Origin: Candidatus Multivorans sp.
Lineage (GTDB): Bacteria; Acidobacteriota; Thermoanaerobaculia; Multivoradales; Multivoraceae
DNA length: 64,000 bases
Reading direction: 5' to 3'
Assembly: GCA_965247095.1 (NCBI GenBank)
Contig: OZ251997.1
Coordinates: forward strand, 2,720,001-2,784,000
Shown here piece by piece: positions 1 to 9,608 of the stretch. The notes under the pieces were generated by a model, which did no database searches, was not told where the DNA came from, and worked only from the letters and a program-made list of their open reading frames with translations. Every line of letters starts with the position of its first letter. Within the stretch, counting starts at the first letter, position 1. A program made the translations under genes and the position numbers.

Positions 1-327
1 GGAGAAGCCGAGCCGCTTCTCGACCTCGATCTCCACCGGCAGGCCGTGCGTGTCCCAACCGCCCTTGCGGGGCACGCGCCGCCCGGTCATCGTGCGGAAC
101 CGGGGGTAGAGGTCCTTGACCACGCGGGTAACGACATGGCCGACGTGCGGCACGTTGTTGGCGGTCGGCGGACCCTCGTAGAACGAGAACTCGCGGTCGT
201 CGTCGCCGCCGGCCGCCAGAGAGGCCTCGAAGACCTTTTCGCGCCGCCAGAACTCGAGCGTCTCGCGCTCGAGTTCTGGAAAGGGATAGCCGCCCGGGAC
301 GGACGGGAAGGCGGGATCCCTGGACAC
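1..327 (-). CDS. ileS: isoleucine--tRNA ligase (IleRS type 2), N-terminal part; runs off the window edge
   Basis: Not in the ORF track. Manual translation from GTG 327 gives FSFYEGPPTANNVPHVGHVVTRVVKDLYPRFRTMTG...GWDTHGLPVEIEVEK (HIGH-type HVGH and GWDxHGLP motifs). Confidence 0.95.
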   Translation of the reverse strand, partial: MSRDPAFPSVPGGYPFPELERETLEFWRREKVFEASLAAGGDDDREFSFYEGPPTANNVPHVGHVVTRVVKDLYPRFRTMTGRRVPRKGGWDTHGLPVEIEVEKRLGFS

Positions 328-368
328 GGCGTGCGGACGTTGCAGCAGAGTCGGGGAGGATGCCCCGA

Positions 369-1382
369 TCAGGCGGCGAAACGCTGGCGCTCGATGAACG
401 CCGTAAGCGCCGCCGCGACCTTGGCCGGCCGTTCGACGTGGGGCAGATTGCGGCAGCCGTCGAAGACCTCCAGGTCGGCCTTCGGCAGCTCCTGGAGCCA
501 GAGATCGGCAGTCTCAAGCGGTGGATGGGTGGCCTGACGGCCCCATGCCAGCCACAGCGGCTGCTGGAGTTCGTGGCCGAAACCGGCTTCGAGTTGGTGG
601 CCGAGCCGGCCGCAGAGGCTATCGATCAGGGCGTGGCTGGCGCCGGGCAGGTGGCTGGCGCGGTACATCGCCTCGACCACCGCTTCGCCGAGTCCCTCGG
701 CCCCGAACATGGTCTCGCGACGCAGGTGAGTCTCCAGAGCCCGCTGGCCGGTCACCAGGTTGAGTGCCGAGGTGCCGAGCAGGGGGGCTCGCAGGAGCGT
801 ATGAAGGACAGGGTCGCCGCGGTCCTGGATGACGTCGACGCCCAGGCTCTGAGGTGCGATGAGCGCCAGGGCGGCGACCCGTTGGGGCGCATCCAGGGCC
901 ACCTGGACGGCGTATGCCGCGGCGCGGTGCGGGGCGACGAGAACCGCGGGTTCGCCGATGGCCTTTTCCAGGAAACGGTCGAGCAGTTCGATGTAGAGCT
1001 CGGCCGTGTAACGCTGAGCCTTGCGCTCCGAGTCGCCCCAGCCGAGCCAGTCGGGGACGAAGCAGTCGTGGCCGCCAGCGAGGCGCTCTGCCGCTTCGCG
1101 CCAGAGCAGTCCGGTGTGGCCGGGTCCGAAGGTGTGAAGCAGGACCATCGGCGGCGCGGCGCCCTGGCCGGCCCGGGGCAGGTGGACGAAGGCGATCCGC
1201 TGACCGTCGATCTCGATGTGCCGGGTGGCGCCCCACGCGGGTCGGGGCAACCGCGCGGCCCGGCGCGCGACCACCGTGTTGATGACGGCGGGCGCCCCGA
1301 GCGCCACCCCGCCCAGAATCAGGCCGCGGGTCACGCGACGCCTGCGAAGACGCTTCAGTTCCTGGTCGGCGGACCGTGCCAT
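369..1382 (-). CDS. alpha/beta-hydrolase fold protein with N-terminal membrane anchor; nucleophile elbow degenerate
   Basis: Motifs PMVLLH, PDWLGWGDS, LAWG and LPHVERP. The GxSxG position reads APHRA. Start placed at ATG 1382, preceded by TGtTATTGT. Confidence 0.8.
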   Translation of the reverse strand: MARSADQELKRLRRRRVTRGLILGGVALGAPAVINTVVARRAARLPRPAWGATRHIEIDGQRIAFVHLPRAGQGAAPPMVLLHTFGPGHTGLLWREAAERLAGGHDCFVPDWLGWGDSERKAQRYTAELYIELLDRFLEKAIGEPAVLVAPHRAAAYAVQVALDAPQRVAALALIAPQSLGVDVIQDRGDPVLHTLLRAPLLGTSALNLVTGQRALETHLRRETMFGAEGLGEAVVEAMYRASHLPGASHALIDSLCGRLGHQLEAGFGHELQQPLWLAWGRQATHPPLETADLWLQELPKADLEVFDGCRNLPHVERPAKVAAALTAFIERQRFAA

Positions 1383-1424
1383 GACGCGGACAATAACAGT
1401 GCAAGCGGCGTGCATAATCTGCTC

Positions 1425-1898
1425 GTGGCGTTCGAGATCGTCGTGGTGTGGGTTGGTCGTCGGCGTGAGCCTTGGGAGTCCCTCTGCGGCGACTACCGCC
1501 GGCGGATCCGGAGGTTCGTTCCGGTGCGGGAGCAGGTGGTGCGTCCGGCGCGCGGGGACGACCGGACTCGTCTTCGGCTCGAGGGGAACGCCATCCGCGC
1601 CGTCCTGCCCCCGGAGGTCTGGACGGTGTGCCTCGACCGGAAGGGCCGGAACCTGAGTTCAAGCGCCCTCGCGGCGGAGGTCGGGCGGCTGCGCACCGAG
1701 TGGCGCCGGCCGGTCGCGTGGATCGTCGGGTCCGATCTGGGACTCGATCGCAAGTTGTTGGAATCGTCGCGTTCCCGGCTTTCTCTGGGGTCTTTGACCC
1801 TCCCTCACGAACTCGCCCGGTTGACCGTTCTCGAGCAGATCTACCGCTCTTTCACCATCCTTGCGGGAATCAACTATCATCGGCGACCGTTTCACTGA
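1425..1898 (+). CDS. rlmH: 23S rRNA (pseudouridine1915-N3)-methyltransferase
   Basis: C-terminal part of ORF 360..1898: LDRKGRNLSS, IVGSDLGL, LSLGSLTLPHELARLTVLEQIYR, NYHR (SPOUT RlmH signature). GTG start at 1425. Confidence 0.92.
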   Translation: MAFEIVVVWVGRRREPWESLCGDYRRRIRRFVPVREQVVRPARGDDRTRLRLEGNAIRAVLPPEVWTVCLDRKGRNLSSSALAAEVGRLRTEWRRPVAWIVGSDLGLDRKLLESSRSRLSLGSLTLPHELARLTVLEQIYRSFTILAGINYHRRPFH

Positions 1899-1918
1899 GC
1901 CGCGTGAGGAAAAAAGAA

Positions 1919-3649
1919 GTGGCAAGCGCTGACGAAAGCGCCCGGAGCGGCGGAACAGACAACAGGAAGGATCAGGCTGCCGCCAAGGCTCGCTCGGTCG
2001 AAACCGAACAGGCCGCGGCGAAGAAGGCTGCGGCCGAGGCGGCGCGCAAGGTGGCTGCAGCCGAGCGCGCGGCGAAGTCCGCTGTCCAGAAGAAGGCCGT
2101 GGCTCAACAGGCCGCTCGGGAGGCGAAGTCGTTGTCGGCCGCCGCCGCCAGAGCGAAGAAGGTCGCCGAAACCAAGAAGGCGGCTGCCGCGGCTGCCGTC
2201 AAGGCGGCGACCGAACGCCGCGTTGCCGCGAGGAAGGCGGAGAGAGCGGCTGCAGCGGGCAACACGGCCGCGGAGAAGGCAGTCGGGATCGCCGCCGCGC
2301 GTCAGTCGGCAGCGCAGCAGGCTGCGAAGGACAAGAAGACCAGGGCCGCGCTGGCTCAGACGGCTGAGCGGGAGGCCGAGGCGCGCAAGGCGGCGCATGA
2401 CGAGGCGGTCAAGAAGGCCGCCGAGTTGTCGCGTCTGGCGAGGGAGGCGGCCGGGCGCCTAAGTACCGCGGAAGCGACGGCGAAGCGAGCGGATCGCGAA
2501 GCGGCTGCCAAGGCTGCGGCCGCGGAGAAGGCCGCTCTGGAGGCTGCGGAGAGCAGAGCGGCGCTCGAGGAAGCCCGGAGCACCGAAGCTGCGGAGCGTG
2601 AAGCCGCCGAAACCGCCATGGCGGTTGAGGGGGACGAGAAGGAGGCGGCGAAGCTTGCGACTCGTGACGCCACTGCCCGTAGGTCTGCGGCGGTGCAAGC
2701 AGAACGCAAGGCCGGCAGCACCTCCGATCTCGCGGCCAAGGGACAGAAGGAGGCGACCGCCAGGAAGAAGGCAGCCGCGCAGTCGGCGAGGCTTGCCGCG
2801 ACGGCAGGCGCCGCCGCCGAAAAGGCGGCGAAGCTGGCGTCGGAACGCAAGACGGTAGCCCAGGCGGCGGCCAAGGATGCCGCTCTAAAGGGGGTGGCGG
2901 CGCGGAAGGCCGCGCGCACGGCAGCGTCCCGGTCAGCGGCGTTCGAGAAGGCTGCCAAGGCTGCGGCCGAGGCGAAGGCCGCGGCGAAGGCCGCGGCCAG
3001 GGCGGCTGAGCGGGCTGCTGCCGCCGCGGAGAAGCGGGTAGCCAAGGCCCTGGCGGCGGAGGAAGCCGAGGCGAAGAGGCCTGAGGTGGAGGCAGCAGCC
3101 GCAGCGGAAACCGCCGCGAGGGAGGCCTCCGAACGGGAAGCCGCAAAGCGACTTGCGGCCAAGCAGCAGTTGGCCAGGAAGAAGGCAGCCCAGAAGAAGG
3201 CGCCTCCGCGGACAGCGCCGACGCTGCTCCTCAGGCCACAGCGCACGGGCGACGGCCAGGGGAATAACGCTGGTCTAAAGATCTCCGACGTCGACATGGA
3301 ATTGGTGCGGGAGCGGCTGGAGAAGAAGCGGCGGGAGCTGTTCGGTCGCTACAGCCGTGACCTCCATGCCGGCCTGAAGGCGTCGTCGGGCGAAGGGTCG
3401 GAGGATCTCGTCGACCGGGCGAACCACGCCTACAGCCGGGAGTTGAACTTCTCGCTGTCCGACAGCGACGGAACTCTGCTGGAGCGGATCGACGAGGCGA
3501 CGACCCGTCTCGACGACGGCACCTTCGGCGTCTGCGTCCACTGCCACGCTGAGCTCGGCCCTGCCCGCCTCGAAGCGGTGCCCTGGGCCTCCTATTGCTT
3601 CAACTGCCAGGAACTCGAGGAGAAGGGTCGGCTTCCGAGAGAAGAGTGA
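1919..3649 (+). CDS. dksA: DksA/TraR C4 zinc-finger protein with a very long Ala/Lys/Glu-rich N-terminal extension
   Basis: C-terminal EDLVDRA (DxxDxA) and FGVCVHC...RLEAVPWASYCFNCQE. About 450 aa of low-complexity helix precede it. GAGGA RBS before GTG 1919 (alternative GTG 1904). Confidence 0.8.
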   Translation: MASADESARSGGTDNRKDQAAAKARSVETEQAAAKKAAAEAARKVAAAERAAKSAVQKKAVAQQAAREAKSLSAAAARAKKVAETKKAAAAAAVKAATERRVAARKAERAAAAGNTAAEKAVGIAAARQSAAQQAAKDKKTRAALAQTAEREAEARKAAHDEAVKKAAELSRLAREAAGRLSTAEATAKRADREAAAKAAAAEKAALEAAESRAALEEARSTEAAEREAAETAMAVEGDEKEAAKLATRDATARRSAAVQAERKAGSTSDLAAKGQKEATARKKAAAQSARLAATAGAAAEKAAKLASERKTVAQAAAKDAALKGVAARKAARTAASRSAAFEKAAKAAAEAKAAAKAAARAAERAAAAAEKRVAKALAAEEAEAKRPEVEAAAAAETAAREASEREAAKRLAAKQQLARKKAAQKKAPPRTAPTLLLRPQRTGDGQGNNAGLKISDVDMELVRERLEKKRRELFGRYSRDLHAGLKASSGEGSEDLVDRANHAYSRELNFSLSDSDGTLLERIDEATTRLDDGTFGVCVHCHAELGPARLEAVPWASYCFNCQELEEKGRLPREE

Positions 3650-5151
3650 AGACGGCTGCTGCAATCGACGCGGCGGTCGCGCGCATCGAAGGCGGTGACC
3701 GCCAGCCGCTGTACCTCGTGATCGGCGAGCAGGTGGTGGCGATGAAGGCGGCGACCCGGATTGCGGGCGCCCTGGCAGCAGGCAGCGGCTGTGAGGTGGT
3801 CGTCCACAAACGGCCGGCCGAGCTGCGTCCGATCCTGGCCGATCTGTTGACCTTTTCCCTCTTCGATCCGGCCAAGGTCACCCTGGTCAGCGACAGCGCG
3901 ATCTTTGCCGACAAGACCGCCGCCGCCGACCTGATCGACGACGCGGAGGCGGCGCTGCCGGTCTCGGCGGGGGCCGCGCTCTCGTCCGCGGGGAAGGAAG
4001 CGGCCGGCCGGCTCCTGCAGGCGCTGCGGCTGTTCAGTATTCCCGCGGACGCAGGTGCTCCCGATGAGGTGGTCTCGTCGCTGCCCGCTTCGGCCCTGGA
4101 CGGAGGCGTGAAGCACCGCAGGCGCAGCAGGCGCCGGCGAACGAAGAAACAGAAGGCGGAACTCGCCGGGGACCTGGCCGGATTGCTCGAGGCCGCGAGA
4201 GCCGAGGATCTCATGGGGTGGTCGGACAGCGATCTGGCCGAGCTTGGCCGCATGGTCGACGGCGTTCTGCCGGAGGGGCATGCCCTCGTGTTTGCCGAAC
4301 GGCGCGCCGACCGCGCCCACCCTCTCGTTCAGCGGCTGTCCGAGAGGAAGGCGACCTTCGAGGTCGGTGCGCTCGAGTTCGACCGCCGTGGCGGAGTTGG
4401 GGGACTCGACTCCGTCGTCGCCGAGCTGGCGGATGAGACCGGCGTCGGCATCGATCGCGGCGCGGTGGAGGAATTGGCGCGCCGTACCCTGCGCAAGAGC
4501 GAGGGCTGGGGCGAGACCGAGGTCGACGCCGACTCCGCCGCCCGTTTCGCCGCCGAGTACCGCAAGATCGCCGGCGCGGTCCGCGATCGGGCGGGCCGGA
4601 TCGACCGGAGCGCGGTGGAGGAGATGGTGGCCGACCGCGGCGACCAGGATGTTTTCCAACTGCTCGACGCGATCGCCCAGCAGCGTCCCGCCCAGGCGCT
4701 CGCACTCTTCAGGCGCCGGCTGGACAGTTCCGCCGACCGGAACGCCGCTCGACTCTCCTTCTTCGCCCTGCTGGCCAACTTCTGCCAGCAGTTGGCGGTT
4801 GCCCATGGCATTGCGGTGTCCCTCGACCTTCCGGCAGAGCGCAACTTCAACCGCTTCAAGACACGTGTCCTGCCGAAGCTGACCGCCGAACTGCCGGGCG
4901 GCGCCGCCAACCCGCTGACGCGGATCCACCCGTTTCGCCTCTTCCGCATCTACGAGGCGGCTTCAGCGCGGCGCGATGCCCGCGCCTCGCGGGCAATCGC
5001 CGGTCTGCCCTGGCGGGTGCTCCAGACGGAAGTGCGGCTCAAGGGCGGCAGCGCCGACGGCGATACCGCGCTGGAGGCGCTGGTCGCGGCGGTAGCGGGC
5101 ATGAGCCGGACCGGTCGCGACGGCGGCGCCCGCGGCCGCCGCTCGTCCTGA
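3646..5151 (+). CDS. holA: DNA polymerase III subunit delta-like protein (long form)
   Basis: N-terminal PLYLVIGE, TFSLF, DVFQLLDAI and C-terminal LKGG...ALEALV. GTG start overlaps the upstream stop (GTGA). Confidence 0.7.
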   Translation: MKTAAAIDAAVARIEGGDRQPLYLVIGEQVVAMKAATRIAGALAAGSGCEVVVHKRPAELRPILADLLTFSLFDPAKVTLVSDSAIFADKTAAADLIDDAEAALPVSAGAALSSAGKEAAGRLLQALRLFSIPADAGAPDEVVSSLPASALDGGVKHRRRSRRRRTKKQKAELAGDLAGLLEAARAEDLMGWSDSDLAELGRMVDGVLPEGHALVFAERRADRAHPLVQRLSERKATFEVGALEFDRRGGVGGLDSVVAELADETGVGIDRGAVEELARRTLRKSEGWGETEVDADSAARFAAEYRKIAGAVRDRAGRIDRSAVEEMVADRGDQDVFQLLDAIAQQRPAQALALFRRRLDSSADRNAARLSFFALLANFCQQLAVAHGIAVSLDLPAERNFNRFKTRVLPKLTAELPGGAANPLTRIHPFRLFRIYEAASARRDARASRAIAGLPWRVLQTEVRLKGGSADGDTALEALVAAVAGMSRTGRDGGARGRRSS

Positions 5152-5153
5152 CG

Positions 5154-5978
5154 ATGCCGGAGCTGCCGGAGGTCGAGGTTCTGCGCCGGAGCCTGGAGCG
5201 GCCACTCGTGGGCGACCGCTTCGAGGCGGTGCGCGTCCACTTCCCGACCCTGCGCGAACCGCTCTGCGCGCCGGCGCTCCGCCGCCTCGAAGGGCGGACG
5301 GTCCGCCGCCTGCGCCGGCGGGCGAAGTACCTGTGGATCGACGCCTCCGGCGGACTGACCCTGGTGGTGCACCTGGGGATGAGCGGCCGCTTGACGCTGG
5401 TCGACCGGGGGACACCGCTCGTGGCGCACGAACACCTCGGCTTCGATCTGGCGTCGGGCCGCCGGCTGCGGTTTTGCGATCCGCGGCGTTTCGGCGTCGC
5501 CTTCGTAGCGGCAACCGAAGACCTCGACGGCGACCGGCACTTTCGCCACCTCGGCGTCGAACCCCTGACGCCGGAGTTCGACGGGGCCTGTCTTGCGGCG
5601 CTGGCCCGTGGCCGCCGCGCCCCGGTCAAGAGCTTCCTGATGGACGCCTCCCTGGTCGTGGGCGTCGGCAACATCTACGCTTCGGAGGCGCTGTACCGCG
5701 CGGGCATCCACCCCCGCCGCTCCGTGGCGCGGATTGCCCGCCGGCGGTTCGACCGCCTCGGCGCGGCGGTTCGCGCCGTGCTCGGCGAGGCGATCGAGCA
5801 GGGCGGGACGACGCTCAACGACTTTGCCGACGGCGCGGGCAACTCCGGCTACTTCCAGGTCTCGCTCGACGTCTACGGCCGCGAGGGCGAGCCGTGTCCG
5901 GCCGGTTGCGGTTCAGGCATCCGCCGTTTCAACATCTCGAACCGCAGTACGTACTACTGCCCGCGCTGCCAGCGGTAG
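5154..5978 (+). CDS. mutM: formamidopyrimidine-DNA glycosylase
   Basis: MPELPEVE, HLGMSG, DPRRFG, GVGNIYASE and a C-terminal zinc finger ending CPRCQ. Confidence 0.97.
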   Translation: MPELPEVEVLRRSLERPLVGDRFEAVRVHFPTLREPLCAPALRRLEGRTVRRLRRRAKYLWIDASGGLTLVVHLGMSGRLTLVDRGTPLVAHEHLGFDLASGRRLRFCDPRRFGVAFVAATEDLDGDRHFRHLGVEPLTPEFDGACLAALARGRRAPVKSFLMDASLVVGVGNIYASEALYRAGIHPRRSVARIARRRFDRLGAAVRAVLGEAIEQGGTTLNDFADGAGNSGYFQVSLDVYGREGEPCPAGCGSGIRRFNISNRSTYYCPRCQR

Positions 5979-6045
5979 GCGGGCCGGGCGCTCCACCCGT
6001 CTTGACGAACCGGAACCGCAGTCCGGTCGCGTGTACGATTCGGGC

Positions 6046-6441
6046 ATGCGCCCCAAGTCGCAGGACGACCAGCTTCAAGCAGCAGCCGCTGCATCTCGGG
6101 CGGCCGATGGGCTTGACCTGCTCATCCTGTACGGATCCCGTGCGCGCGGCGATGCCCGTCGGAATGCGGACTGGGACTTCGGCTACCTCGGCGACGACCC
6201 GATGGACGTGGCGGGCCTTCTGGCTGCACTCGTCGAGGCTCTCGGGGACGACAACGTCGATCTTGTGGATCTGGACCGGACGACCGGTCTGCTGCGCTTC
6301 AGGGCCGCCTGCGACGGCTTGCTCGTGTACGAGTCGGAGTTTGGCGTGTTTGACCGCTATCGGCTCGACGCCGCGAGCTTCTGGTGCGAGAACGTCTCGA
6401 TCTTCGAGCGAGGCTACGAAGAGACTCTGGAGGCCCTGTAG
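6046..6441 (+). CDS. minimal nucleotidyltransferase (MNT) antitoxin, MntA-like
   Basis: LYGSRARGDARRNADWD (GS-x10-DxD) and VDLVDL. Lies directly upstream of a HEPN gene. Confidence 0.85.
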   Translation: MRPKSQDDQLQAAAAASRAADGLDLLILYGSRARGDARRNADWDFGYLGDDPMDVAGLLAALVEALGDDNVDLVDLDRTTGLLRFRAACDGLLVYESEFGVFDRYRLDAASFWCENVSIFERGYEETLEAL

Positions 6442-6443
6442 CC

Positions 6444-6869
6444 GTGCGGGTGCTCGACCGAGCCGTTCTTGCGGAGCGCGTGATGGTCGTCGAGCGTCAT
6501 CTCGAGCGGGTGGCGGATCGGCTGCCCGCCTCGCTGGCAGGCTTTCGGCCCGCGACGGATACAGCCGACGCCGTCCTGCTTCATCTCTGGCAGGCGACGC
6601 AGATCGTGATCGACACCGCCATGGGCGCTTGCCTGAATCTCTCCCTGGGAACTCCCTGCAGCTACGCGGATGCGTTTCGACGCCTTGAGAACGGAGGGAT
6701 CATCAGCACCGTCCTCGCCGATCGGCTGGTCCGCGCCGCCGGATTCCGCAATCTCGTAGCTCACGCCTACGAGTCGTTGGACATGGCGCGCGTCCATGAG
6801 GCCGCAAGGACCGGTCCCGCTGACCTGCGCCGGTTTCTTGCCTGCCTGAGCAAGCACGCGGAAGAGTAG
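6444..6869 (+). CDS. HEPN (DUF86/HepT-like) RNase toxin
   Basis: GFRNLVAHAY (R-x4-H-x-Y) motif; paired with the MNT gene. Confidence 0.87.
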   Translation: MRVLDRAVLAERVMVVERHLERVADRLPASLAGFRPATDTADAVLLHLWQATQIVIDTAMGACLNLSLGTPCSYADAFRRLENGGIISTVLADRLVRAAGFRNLVAHAYESLDMARVHEAARTGPADLRRFLACLSKHAEE

Positions 6870-6907
6870 AGCGAAGTACTTCGCGCGGCGAGAAGAGCCC
6901 GGTGCCG

Positions 6908-8683
6908 CTACGTCAGCGGCCAGAACCTCGGGATCAGCAGCACGGAGATCACGAAAAACATGATCTTGAGCGGGGCGCCGAACTTCACGTAGTCCATGAA
7001 GCGGTAGCCGCCGGGACCGAAGACCATCGCGTTCGTCTGGTATCCCATCGGGGTCAGGAAGCTGGCGGAGGCGGCGAACGCGACGGTGATCATGAACGGC
7101 TTGGGGTCGAGCCCCATGGAGGTCGCGGCGGTGCCGGCGATCGGCACCATGAGCACCGCGGTCGAGTTGTTCGACACGATCTCCGAGAGCAGGGCGGTCG
7201 CCAGGTAGATCAGCGCGATCACCGCCCAAGCCCCGTAGTCGGCGCCGGCGTTCGCGATCGTCTCGCCGATCATCGCCGCCAGCCCCGTCTTCTCCATCGC
7301 GATTCCCATCGGCAGGATGCCGACGAGCAGGAAGATGACGGTCCAGTTGATCGCTTCGTAGGCCTGCTGCACGGAGATTCCGCCAAAGACGATGAGAGCC
7401 ACAGCGCCCAGAATCGAGGCCTTGAGGATCGATGTCACGCCGGTGGCTGCGAGGAGGACGACGAGCGGGATGATCGCCACGCTGAGCCACCACCTGCGGG
7501 GGACCACGAGCCGCAGCTTGACTTCCTGCAGCGGCACGAAGTCCTCCGTCTCGTAGAGGGCTTCGATCCGGGAACGGGGGCCGAACACGAGCAGGGTGTC
7601 CCAGTTGTGGAGGACGATGTGAGCCAGCTTCTCGCGGATCGATTCGCCGTAGCGGTTGAGCGCCAGCACGAAGCAGCCGAAGCGGCGGCGGAAGTCCAGA
7701 TCCCGGATCGTCGAGCCGGTAAGCCGGGAGACCGGTGAGAGCTGGATCTCGGCCATGATGTTGTTCTGGTCCGAGAGTTCGCGATCGTCGACCTTGACGT
7801 CGGTCAGGAGACGCAGGCCGTGGTGGTCCCGGAAGTTGACGATGTCCTCCATGCGCCCTTCGACGATCAGGAGATCTCCCCCCTGAATCGGCCGCGCGCG
7901 CAGTTCGACCGCGATCCGCTCGCCGCCGCGCAGGATCTCCAGCACGGTCAGGCGGAATCGTTCGTTGATGCGGGCTTCGACCACGTTGCTGCCGATGAGC
8001 TGGCTCCCCTCGGGCACCTGGACCTCGGTCAGAAACGACGACAGTTGGTACTTGGCGGTCAGGTCGGAGGTGGCGGCGCGGGGCTTCAGAAAGCGCATCG
8101 GCACCAGGACGATGTACGTGAAACCAACGGCCAGCAGGATGAGTCCGAGACCTAGAAACTCGAACATGCTGAAGGCGCCGTAGCCGCTCTCTTCCGACCT
8201 CGAGCTGACCAGCAGGTTGGTCGAGGTGCCGATCAGGGTGCAGGTGCCGCCGATGATGGAGAGGTAGGACAGCGGCAGCAGAATCCGGGACGGCGACACG
8301 TCGTAGTGCTTGGCGATCTGGATGCCGACCGGCATCAGGATCGCCATCGCGGCGGTGTTGTTGACGAAGGCCGAAAGCACGCCGCAGACGAGAATCAGGG
8401 CGATGGCGCCAAGCCAGTGCGTGGCGCCGGACATCTGCGAGAGTTTCTGGCCGAAGCGGTCGATCAGGCCGGTGTGAGCCAGTCCGTAGCTGAGGATGAA
8501 CATCATCATCACCGTGATCACGGCGTCGTTGCTGAAGCCCCGGATCGCTTCCTGGGGCGTCACCAGACCGAACAGCAGCAGCAGCCCCAGGCTGGAGAGA
8601 GCGACCGCGTCGATCGGCAGCCACTCGAAGCTGAAGGCCAGGAACGTGAAGGCGATGATCGCTACGAGGATCCAGATATCCAT
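6908..8683 (-). CDS. SLC13/CitMHS-type permease with two TrkA-C (RCK_C) domains
   Basis: Multi-TM protein with SAFVNNT, TLIGTSTNL, SNNSTAVL and TPMGYQTN, plus a central soluble repeat region. Confidence 0.9.
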   Translation of the reverse strand: MDIWILVAIIAFTFLAFSFEWLPIDAVALSSLGLLLLFGLVTPQEAIRGFSNDAVITVMMMFILSYGLAHTGLIDRFGQKLSQMSGATHWLGAIALILVCGVLSAFVNNTAAMAILMPVGIQIAKHYDVSPSRILLPLSYLSIIGGTCTLIGTSTNLLVSSRSEESGYGAFSMFEFLGLGLILLAVGFTYIVLVPMRFLKPRAATSDLTAKYQLSSFLTEVQVPEGSQLIGSNVVEARINERFRLTVLEILRGGERIAVELRARPIQGGDLLIVEGRMEDIVNFRDHHGLRLLTDVKVDDRELSDQNNIMAEIQLSPVSRLTGSTIRDLDFRRRFGCFVLALNRYGESIREKLAHIVLHNWDTLLVFGPRSRIEALYETEDFVPLQEVKLRLVVPRRWWLSVAIIPLVVLLAATGVTSILKASILGAVALIVFGGISVQQAYEAINWTVIFLLVGILPMGIAMEKTGLAAMIGETIANAGADYGAWAVIALIYLATALLSEIVSNNSTAVLMVPIAGTAATSMGLDPKPFMITVAFAASASFLTPMGYQTNAMVFGPGGYRFMDYVKFGAPLKIMFFVISVLLIPRFWPLT

Positions 8684-8702
8684 GGGCAGCCGCCTCTAGC
8701 AG

Positions 8703-9539
8703 CTAGCCGATCGGCAGGCGGCGGTGGGAGGCGACGGGCATCGAGCGCCGCACCTCGGCAACACGCCGCCGGTCGATCTCGGCGACCGCGATCCCCGGCG
8801 CGTCACCCGCGTCTGCCAGGACGTGACCCCAGGGGTCGATGATCACCGAGTGCCCGTAGCTGTGACGAAGCCCGCGGTCGTCGTGTTTGCCGGTCTGCGC
8901 CGCGGCCAACACGTAGCACTGGGTCTCGATCGCGCGGGCGCGCAGCAGCGGGCGCCAGTGGTCTTTCCCCGTCATCAGGGTGAAGGCGGAGGGCACGGTC
9001 AGGATCTCCGCGCCGTCACGGGCCAACCGCAGGTAGAGCTCGGGGAACCGGAGGTCGTAGCAGATCGTGAGGCCGAGGCGGCCGAGTGGCGTGTCGACGG
9101 TGACCGTGTCCGCACCGGGTACGGCGGTCTTCGACTCCAGGAACCGCACGGCGTCGGAGACATCCACGTCGAAGAGGTGAATCTTGCGGTAGGTGGCCGC
9201 AATCTGCCCTTGGGGATCGAACAGGACGCTGGTGTTGTAGCAGCGGCTGCCGTCCTCCTCGGGCGAGAGTTCGTTGTAGGAGCCGAGGAGGAGGTAGATG
9301 CCCCGGTCCCGGGCCAGCGCCGCGAAGCGGCCGCAGGTTGCGCCCGAGGTCGGCTCCGCGAGCTTCACCTTTTCCTTGTGCGGTCCGAGATAGTTCGTGT
9401 TCTCCGGCGTGGTCACGAACTTCGCGCCGCGGTCCGCCGCGGTCTCGATCCAGTGGCGGGCCGTCTCCCAGTTCGCCTGCTCGTCGGACGTGGCGCCCAT
9501 CTGGACGACGGCGGCGAGATAGGTCGATGTGTCGTTCAT
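8703..9539 (-). CDS. carbon-nitrogen hydrolase (Nit1/deaminated glutathione amidase-like)
   Basis: E-K-C triad motifs TPEN, YRKIHLFDV and ICYDLRFPE; also RARAIETQ. Confidence 0.9.
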   Translation of the reverse strand: MNDTSTYLAAVVQMGATSDEQANWETARHWIETAADRGAKFVTTPENTNYLGPHKEKVKLAEPTSGATCGRFAALARDRGIYLLLGSYNELSPEEDGSRCYNTSVLFDPQGQIAATYRKIHLFDVDVSDAVRFLESKTAVPGADTVTVDTPLGRLGLTICYDLRFPELYLRLARDGAEILTVPSAFTLMTGKDHWRPLLRARAIETQCYVLAAAQTGKHDDRGLRHSYGHSVIIDPWGHVLADAGDAPGIAVAEIDRRRVAEVRRSMPVASHRRLPIG

Positions 9540-9608
9540 TCCGGTCGCATCCCTTCGCCGGGAGCTTACCGCCGCCCGGCCACGATCCGGGCTAAGCTTC
9601 GGGCACCC

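Noticed and set aside
1919-3300. TolA
   Set aside because: There is no N-terminal TM anchor, TolA C-terminal domain or tolQR context; the ORF ends in a DksA domain.
8724-9608. N-terminal 295 aa of the 1480-aa ORF and the upstream extensions of ORFs 8703..11060, 360..1898, 12650..14134, 40599..42467 and 49139..51316 as fusions
   Set aside because: The extensions overlap other real genes, and family N-termini (e.g. MCGI for GlmS) define later starts.
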